Source of the DNA: Saccostrea echinata
Lineage: Eukaryota
DNA: 64,000 nucleotides
Direction of reading: 5' to 3'
NCBI RefSeq assembly: GCF_033153115.1
Contig: NW_026889783.1
Span: forward strand, 744,001-808,000
Shown: piece after piece, positions 54,662 to 64,000 of the stretch
Layout: every line of letters starts with the position of its first letter
Position numbering within the stretch: the stretch's first letter is position 1
Notes under the pieces: model-generated
Told to the model about the DNA's origin: nothing
The model's database searches: none
What the model saw: the letters and a program-made list of their open reading frames with translations, nothing else
Program-made: the position numbers and the translations under genes

Positions 54662-57600
54662 GGTTATGCATCAGTTTCTTATTAATTATGATGTTTATGT
54701 CCTTCAACAAATTAAATACATGTTAATTAATGTAGCAAAATATAAAGTGTCAACCAATATTGGTACAGTAGATTCACTGATGTGTCATCTTTTTAACAAT
54801 ATGTCTATAAATAATCAATTTTTATGGTTGATGAATTGTGAAGATGTTGATTTGATGTGCAAGCTCTGTGAATTAAATTTCATAGGTACGAATGGATACC
54901 GACTTTCATTTACTTTTAATTCATTACTTCACTATGTTAAGTTGTTGAACTTTGTATGACTTTTACTGTCCATTGCAGTTTAATTATTACTTTTCTCCAT
55001 TTATCATGTATCTGTTTATTCTACATGAAGCAGAAGTGGATTTCTGTTTAATATATCCTTTGTTGATGTATCAGACATTTAATGCACATGCGTACGTAGT
55101 AATATTAATTAAATATATGCATATGTATCTTAAATTAATGATAATAACACATCTATACATATGAAACTTTAAAAATTATCAATATTTATGTTTATGCCCA
55201 CCATTTGGGCCATTATTTGGTAATAAATGCCATTTTATTCTTTAACATTGTTAGGACAAACGACTTCACAAAGTGTATTTTCATTATTCCAGTTCTTGTC
55301 ATTAAATATTGATAAATCTTATTTTTATATTGGATTAAAATCCACTTTAATTAAATATTAAGATGTATTATGAAATTTACACAATACACGGACACACATG
55401 TATCACATGACACATTTTCCCGGCAAGTTTTGTTTTGAATAGGTTAACCTATCTTCCATGAAGTAAAAAAAATGACGCTGTATAAATGTGTATAGAATGA
55501 AAAAGCAACATTACTAAATGTCAACACTCTTGGATGTCGCATATTGAATAACGACATACGATACACACAGTGGACTTACACTCTAAATAAAACATTCATC
55601 ATCTTTCGAAAATCAATAACAATCTATTCATATAAGCTTTTGAACTTAACGTTATACTGTTTTTCCAAGACACGTCTGGAAACGCTTACTTTAAATCAAA
55701 TGGTCTTCTCTAAGAAAACGTGTTTTAAGATTCATTTTGGATATCAAACCTCCTGTATTGATTTCTTGGCATCCATCTACATATTGATGATGCAGACTTT
55801 TGTAAAGATCATGTGATCATAACCAAGGCAACTGAAAAGCCTCGCGTGAAAACTAGCGCCAATTGCATGAAACTTGAACCCGCGCGATGTGAATCATATA
55901 GATCTAACTGACAAATACAATTTTATTTTTCGGAACATTATGATTTAATTTTTAGTTTATTATGAAGAAAGGTAATAAAGCATATACCTGTTAAATAATT
56001 TTCCCAGCGGAATATGTATCCAGCTTGAATTAAAAGTCCAGTCCTAAAACCAATCTTATTTCCATAAAAGCCACCGTCGAATGTTACGTCTATTTATTAA
56101 AATCAAATATTTGACCTTAGAAAGTAAACATAGAAAATACAATAAAGGAAAGTACACATTGATTTTCATAAAAGAAGCTTTACAAACCATTTTAGGGTTG
56201 CAAGCAATCGAATAAATTATACCCATGGTCAAAGGAATGTGTTAACCAGAGACTTTAATATAAAATTATTTTCTTTGTTTTTACAATAAATAGCTCGCGA
56301 CCAAACTTCGACAGTACCGGTTCTCAGACATGCTATTAAGTTTATATTTTTAATCTGAAATTTGTACATAGTACATGACTTTACAGTTAGTTTCGAAAGT
56401 TCTCTGGTCATAAGCTACAAAACACAGATTATCCCCCTCCCCATCTTATGGAATTCGCTGCGCCGTATACCCTTCTCATTAATCAGTTTCTTTTCATCTA
56501 AAAAGAAAATGACGAATTCATGAATAAACGAGAAATTGCCGCTCATAAATTAATCGTGAAAATGGCTCTGTAACGAAAGTGCACATGTTGAAAAAATTTA
56601 CGATAAAATTTGCTGAAGGTGTGTGCTTTTTATTTAACTCGAACTGAAAATTGTCCATAACAATATTTTATACAACTCAGGGTATAGAGAAGTTTAAGAT
56701 AAATACTGTTGCAACAAAATAAGAAAAGTAGGCAATGTTGGTCGGATATATGTCGATTTTTATAGCTAAATTGGGCTATTCCTCGGACCTCTCAACAAAA
56801 TTTTACTGATAAAGCAATAAAGTATAGATAACTGATTTTGCTATTTTACATTCCTAAAAAAATAATCAATATGTTACAAACAAATTTATAAATGATCAAA
56901 AGATATTTTTAATCCAATGAAAGTTCAAATCGTCTGCATTCCATGTGCAAACTGCATTTTAAATACATGCCACGTTCCTTAAAAATTGCCAGAACTATAC
57001 AAGCTTGCAGTTGCTCATCTCTTCGGTTCCAATCAATCATAAATACACGATTCGAGTATTATCCTTCTCAAAATTCAAACCCAAATGGGGGATTTATTCT
57101 TCGTATAAGGTCTGAACCCTTTCCATACCAGGCCTGTGGAAGAAATTGGGTGGTTCCAATGGAAGGTACCACCTAACAGAAAAAAAAAATAAAATTTTGA
57201 CACGAAAAAAGGGGTTTACCAAATATTTATAACTTAACCTTGGTTCCATTGTATGATAAGTATGTTGGCAAAGTTATTTAGGGCCAATAGGGGGTAAACC
57301 GTAAATTCCTGTGTTTTCTATTGAATATTCTACTACAGATATTGCTGAGATCAAAGAAATTCCGCGGACATTACTCTCCAATGACAGGAATTTTTTCCAG
57401 GGGGGGGGGGGTCCAACCAACTAAAAAAAAATTCTAAAACCCAAAAATTTCTTGACCAGCCCCCAAAAAAAAATCCATTACCAAAAAGTGAAAAACACAT
57501 ATTTCGTGGTGGTAATGGTGGGGTCCACGTTTTCCAAGGGAGGGATCCAAAGTCATTTTTTATTTGCTTCAGTATATACTTTTAGTAACTCTGCAAATTC

Positions 57601-58755
57601 CATTGGGGAGGGGGGGGGGGTCCGGACCCCCCCTTTAGATCCGCGCATGAATAAATTATAAAATCATCAACAAATTATCAGATCAGAAACACATATCAAA
57701 CTTGTATATGTGGAATTAATATTTGATATTAAAATCTACTACTTCTTTAGACCATATCGATGTGTCTGCTTCAGTCTAAACAATACGTCGTAATTACGAT
57801 TCTGAACACGTCTGTCTTTTGATGCAGCATTGTCATTTAGTTTTGCGATTGTAATTAGTTAAGACAATTTACACACCTTGTGATCCAACAGCTCATATAC
57901 CAATAAATTAAAGAACTTGATTAACACTTAATTGAAGAATCAGTTATTGTGGGAGAATTTGTCTGCTTCCATCGTTTAAAACTTACGGTGATTCACCACA
58001 TCTCTAGACCAAAAACAAAACCCCAAAAAACAAACAAACAACCCCCCCCCCCCCCCCCAAACCAAACAATTAAAGCTTTCAACTTCATTTCTAATGCATT
58101 TAAGAAAACTTTGTATCCATTTCAAATTCAAAATGAAGTGAATGTTTGTAAGAATGAAAACATGCGATCAAAGGGCCACAACACTCACCTGAAGTAACTT
58201 CGGCTCTGCTGTGCATCAAAATATTGTTTTTAAAAGAATTTTCTCTCTGTATTTATACCATGGGAAATTTTGACTTTTACATAGTGGCTCAACTGTGGTC
58301 CCTAGTACAATGAATTAAGTAAACTTTAATCCAAACTACGTGGAGATTCTGAATATTATTAATATAATTAATGTTGCCTTGCTGTTTTGTAAGGAAAAAA
58401 ATCAAGACAGATTTATGTGTATTAAATGTACCGGGGGAGGGGGGATGTCAAAATTTTTAAATTCTGATTATAACTCCAACTAACCTCAATGTCCATAATT
58501 TGAACAAACTTCACTGAATCCATGCACACAGTGTCAGAATGTTTGTCTAAATATAAAATAATAAAAAAAGTATAAATATATATGATTTAATATTGTCTTG
58601 CTTCTCCCTTTTTTCCTTCAAATTTCTATTTACTCCCAAGTAAAATTTTGAATATACCTATTTTTTGCCCACCATAGCCCAAGAGGCCATGATTTGAACA
58701 AGTATGAATCTGCACTAAACTGGGGTGCGCTACTGTTATTTAAATAATTTTTTTT

Positions 58756-59590
58756 TTAGCTCGCCTCAACTAAGTTGGGGGATCTTACGCAATACCCTCA
58801 GCATCAGCGTCCCGGGCAAGTTTTTGTAGCAGATTTCTTTTTCAGTACTTTTGTGCCCTATATTGATCAGAGATGCATGGATGATGCTTACATTATATTT
58901 CATTGTAACAATCAGATTTCAAATGCTGCATTTTCAGCCAAAAATTACTAGGTTAATGTTTTTGGAGCAGGGTAAAGTTTTTGAAGTAGTTTATAAGTAC
59001 CGTAACTTATAAGAGCACATTGACCAAACTTGCAGGGATCACCATGATGCATCTAAGGATGCACACTACCAGACTTGTTTGGATGCTGGAAATGACCTAC
59101 ATTTTCAAGATGAGTGACCAGGTTAAACATTTGGAGCAAGTTCATTCTGAAGTAACTATAAGCCCATGTAGACCAAACTTGCAAGAATGATACACCAAAG
59201 GAAGCACACTACTTGATTTGCACTGGAATGCTGGATCCGACCTATATTTCCTGAATGAGTGACCAGGTTAAATTTTTTTGAGCTGGTCTATTACCCCCCA
59301 AAAATTAAGGCCTACCTAAACCAAACTTGCATGGATGATGCATCAAGGGATGCACACACCAGAATTGCTTCAGATGCTGGTCTTGACCTACATTTTTCAG
59401 ATGAGAGACCAGGTTAAAGTTTTTGGAGCAGGCCCATCCTATTGTAACTTCAAGCCCTATCTGCACCAAACTTGCATGGATTTTGTAATTCTTTCAGACT
59501 TGCTTTGGTTGCTGGATTTGATGTACATTTTCTGGATGAGTGACTAGGTTCAATTTTTGGAGCAGGTACAGTCCAGTGTAAATTCAAGCC
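58756..59590. mobile_element. Degenerate Helentron-like element with ~145-bp repeats (reverse orientation of the family at 62950-64000)
   Basis: TTAGCTCGCCTC start; repeated ACCAAACTTGCA...GATGAGTGACCAGGTTAAA units. Confidence 0.65.
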
Positions 59591-60615
59591 CAGGGGACAT
59601 GATTTACCCAACACAAACTTGAATCTGCACTATCTGAGGATGATTGAATATTTATATGACTAATCATGGCCCTGCAGAGATCAAAGATTGAGGGCAAAGT
59701 GGTTTTTGTCCCAACTGTCTTTCTGTCTGCAAACAGGAGACCCTGTAAATCTTATATCATCATAAATAGTATGTCCAGTATTTACATCAAACTTAGCAAT
59801 GTTTCGGGCATTTGTGTTAAACACATCTTGTTTCCTACATATTTCCCATGTAAAAGAATTTGATCCCCCTACTGCGGCCCTATTATTCTTCCCCTGATGG
59901 CCATGAGTTCTACTCCAAGACAGGATGCTTTCACATAAGTGGCCCACTAGTTCTTCATGAAAATTTTATATGACCTTTCCAAATCCTTGCCCCATTTTTC
60001 TTACTGTCCCATAGAAGAAGGCATACATTGATCATTTGATTAAGCTTTAATTCATTTCAACCAGAGATACTCTGTGTCAAGTTTTATTGAAAATGGCTTG
60101 TGGTTCTGAAGAAGATGAAATGTGCAAAGTTTATAATTATAATGAAAACAACAAACCAATTTTTGATCAGAAAAACTCACTTTAGTCCTAGGTACAGGTG
60201 AGCTAAAAAGTCTTCATTACCAACATATCTTTAACATCAACTAGATATCATTGAGATGGTGCCCATCTCAAAGGGCCCTGCTTTCAGCAACGAACATGAA
60301 AATGTAAGGTAGCTAAAAGGGTTTAATTTGAAGAGGAACATTTGTGTACTATTAAGGGATGTGTTGTTTGAGTCTAAAGGGCTTCTATGTTATTCTTGTT
60401 ATAATAAAAAATGGTACGAAAATCATGAGTGCTCCATACTCTCAATCAGAAAACGGCACAAAAATCATGAATGCTGCATATCCTCTATGATAATTGTTGC
60501 ATATCATCTATGAGAAATATGGAAGGAAAATCACAAATGTTCCGTACCCTAAGTCAATTGGTAAGGTTTGAGGCTGACTGGACTTAAGGGATAGAAATTA
60601 TGCACCGAACAAAGA

Positions 60616-61281
60616 TTTTAAACAGAGAGGCTATTTTTGACCTTGACCCTTGACCAAGAAACTTTGTTCAAGGTCACTGCACATCCAATGACCAGTGGCA
60701 CTCTGTGAGTGAAGAATGAGCCACATTGGACCAAGAGGAGAGAAGATATGCTCCGGACAAGAATTTTTTCATATAATTCTGCTATGACCTTGACCTTAGA
60801 CCTAGAAACATGATTCAAGGTCACTGCACACCCTTTACCTAAAGGCACTCTGTGGGTGAAGTATGAGCCAGATTGGCCCAAGGAGAGAAAAAATATGCTC
60901 CGGACAAGAATTTAAACAGAGAGGCTATTTTTGACCTTGACCCTTGACCTAGAAACTTCGTTCAAGGTCACTGCACATCCATTGACCAGTGGCACTCTGT
61001 GAGTGAAGTATGAGCCACATTGGACCAAGAGGAGAGAAGATATGCTCCGAACAAGAATTTTTCATATAATTCTGCTATGACCTTGACCTTAGATCTAGAA
61101 ACACGGTTCAAGGTCACTGCACACCCTTTACCCAAATACACTCTGTGGGTGAAGTATGAGCCAGATTGAGCCAAGGAGAGAGAAGATATGCACCAGACAA
61201 GAGATCTCGGACGGACAGACGGACGGACGGATGGACCGACAGACTGATCACTATAGGGCGCCCGAAGAGCGGGGCCCTAAT
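60616..61281. mobile_element. Helentron/HINE-like element with a 295-bp duplicated internal repeat
   Basis: TTTAAACAGAGAGGCTATTTTTGACC at about 60617 and 60912; GACG microsatellite; terminal hairpin AGGGCGCCCG...CGGGGCCCT. Confidence 0.75.
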
Positions 61282-61706
61282 TAACAGAACCTGAAACCAT
61301 CTTGTAATTCATTTGAGAAGCCATAAAGGGGCCACCTCCCCCAAATATATTTATTGCTGTTGAATTAAATAGTATCCTAAAGACAACTCCAGACAAACTC
61401 TAATGGAAAAGTGGCCCATCTTATAGCCTCTGTAAGAATTTACCACAAAAGACCTTTTTTAATCACCTTGCTTCTACAGAATTTACTTCTTCATTTAAAA
61501 TTAAACATAAAACAGGATGGCAGAAAATGTTACCAGTACTGAGTCTGTTTATTTAGTTTTTTTTCTACAGTCATACATGTACTATTTATTACATGTAAAT
61601 ATAAAAGTTCGCTTTTTTCTTGCAACACTCCAGAACCTGTCTGCTGCTTGCTTAGAAGGATCAAGTCTATTGTTTGTTACAATGTGCAGGCTTGAGTCTG
61701 ATTTTG

Positions 61707-62552
61707 TTATCTTGGAACCATACATAAGTTGATGAGATGTCGCATTGTTGGTCTGCCATGAGGACAATTCTGAAAAAAAAGATGCTCAAGTGGAAAATCC
61801 TTGGCAAATTTCATTCTGTCGTGAAATGTTTCAACAGAATTGTTTTTCTACATGAAAGTCATGTACAAAATTGAAAATACTTCTATAATGGAGGAAATGC
61901 ATACCCAGGGCTGATCTATTTCTCCCATATGACATACAAGCTAGGGAAAACAGAAAGTCAACATATTAAAATATCTAATGATCTCTATGACACAATAATT
62001 ATGTAACATTTATGGAACATGTCATCTTTGTCAAAAGCTTTAAAAAAAGTAAACAATACCCTTTTCATTTCTGATTTCTTTAAAGCAGTGCCAATCATGA
62101 TAGATTTTCTACAAGCTCTAGATGCAAACATTTGGCGAACCCGGGATGGTCGACACATAACATTCTGAAAAACGACAAAAACTGCTGATCAATACACTAC
62201 ATTAAACTTGGCACTCCTTACATAATTTTCTTGGAGATCATCATTATCTATTTAAATACAGATTCTATGTACATATTAATAAAAAGAAACAATGAAAAAA
62301 ATCAATAGCAGAGAAGCACACTATTAGCATTTAATTTTGCATTATTGATTTTTCTTTAAATACTGTCTAACACAAGATTAAATGTTTTGCAATTTGCAGA
62401 TAACATGCTGCTTTGGCAGTTTTTAATCAAATGAGAAGATAATACAATTTCTGAGACAAAATCAAAACCCTACTTCAATAAAGACGTTTATTTTTGGCCC
62501 CTGACTAGACTTACAGGAGAGTCGGAGAGCATAAAGATGAGTTCTTCAATGT
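61707..62552 (-). CDS. PMS2: Mismatch repair endonuclease PMS2, last four coding exons (gene continues right of the window)
   Basis: Exons (minus) 62552-62515, 62164-62060, 61940-61905, 61769-61707 give [75 protein letters not shown], the MutL C-terminal ACR and CPHGRP motifs. Not in the ORF track. Confidence 0.96.
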
Positions 62553-62949
62553 CTGTAAAGAAAAAATAATTTTGTAAAATACTGTCAACAATTTTTCATA
62601 AAACATTTTTACACTTCTCTTATACATATAGTTACATTTAAACTGTACACACACACAGGTGCTACAGTTGTACATATAGAGTATTATTGTGCAAAATGAG
62701 ACTGTGATATCTCTCATCACCATCACTTCTGTCTTTTATCTTTGCCTTCAAACTAGGCTCAATCAGTGCAGTATTTCACCCCAATCTTTCTGCTCTGGAA
62801 CAATCCCTCAAGTTAAACACAAAAGCAAATTCAAAAAAGCAATCCCTCATGTTAAACACAACAGCAAATTCAAAACATAGGTAATCAAAGATTACGAAGC
62901 TCACCTCGACGAATGTTATCTATAAGTAAGGCAAATTTCGCATAAATTT

Positions 62950-64000
62950 TTTTTTCTAGTTAGGGTACATCCCAAGGTCAATATCCATGCAAGTTTGGTT
63001 TAAGTAGGACTTATAGTTACTTGGAAATAGACCTGCTCAAAAAACTTTTAAGCTGTTTAGTAATCAAGAAAATTGTGGTGAATTCCAACATCCAAAGCAA
63101 GTCTGGAATTTTTCATCCTTAGATGCACCATCTATGCAAGTTAAATCATAAAAGGCCATAATATTATAGAGCTTCTCTAAAAATTACCCTGGTCACTCAT
63201 CTGGAAAATGTAGGTCAGATTCACAATCCAAAGCAAGTCTGGAATTGTCCATCCCTAGATACATCATCCATGCTAATTTGGTTAAAATATAGCAAAAGTT
63301 CGCTCATGTGGAAAATCTAGGTCAGATCCAGCATCCAAAGCAGGTTGGTTAGTGTCCGTCCCTAGATGCATCATCTATGAAAGTTTAGTCCAGGTAGGGC
63401 TCATAGTTACTTGGGAACAGGACTGCTCAAAAATCTAAACCTGGTCTTACATGTGGAAAATCTAGCTCAGATCCAGCATCCGAAGCAAGTGTGGTAATGT
63501 CCATCCCTGGATGCATCATCCATGCAAGTTTGGTCAAGGTAGGGCTTACAGTTACTTGGGAATGGACCTGCTCTACAAAACTTTAACCTAGTCACTCATC
63601 TAGAAAATCTAGGTCAAATCCAGCATCCGAAGCAAGTGTGGTAGTGTCCATCCCTAGATTCATCATGCATGCAAGTTTGGTCCAGGTAGGCCTAATCATT
63701 ATTTGGGAATGGACCTGCTCCAAAAACTTTAACCTGGTCACTCATCTGGAAAATCTAGGTCAAATCCAGCATCCGAAGCAAGTGTGGTAGTGTCCATCCC
63801 TAGATGCATCATACATGCAAGTTTGGTCAAGGTAGGGCTTATAATTACTTGGGAATGGACCTGATCTACAAAACTTTAACCTGGTCACTCATCTGGAAAA
63901 TCTAGGTCAAATCCAGCATCCGAAGCAAGTGTGGTAGTGTCCATCCCTAGATGCATCATGCATGCAAGTTTGGTCCAGGTAGGACTTATAGTTACTTAGG
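62950..64000. repeat. 146-147-bp satellite-like tandem array in a PMS2 intron
   Basis: GCAAGTTTGG at 63524, 63671, 63817 and 63964; more degenerate toward the left. Confidence 0.88.

Overview
AT-rich eukaryotic genomic DNA, most likely an oyster (Ostreidae): it carries Cg170-type satellite inside Helentron-like elements. There is one assembly gap (N, 31135-31262). I assembled eight intron-containing protein genes by hand from splice sites: MCRIP2/FAM195-like (-, first two exons only, absent from the ORF track), METTL26 (+), HGS/Hrs (-), ARL16 (+), USP31/43-like (-), MGMT (+), a divergent PP1 catalytic subunit (-) and the 3' end of PMS2 (-). One intact tRNA-Gly(CCC) gene is also present. The most notable observation is the cassette MCRIP <- tRNA-Gly(CCC) -> METTL26. 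As I recall, it has the same order and orientation as human 16p13.3, and the tRNA appears identical to human tRNA-Gly-CCC-2. Next to it is an HGS/ARL16 head-to-head pair like the human one. Other notable items: a U12-type intron in ARL16, a GC-AG intron in HGS, two tandem duplications of real splice donors, a 94-bp Polinton/Maverick protease-like fragment inside a Helentron, a Helentron inserted into the MGMT splice acceptor, and a four-level nested transposon stack with an IS3EU-like foldback element. Statements about human orthologues and synteny are from memory and need database confirmation.
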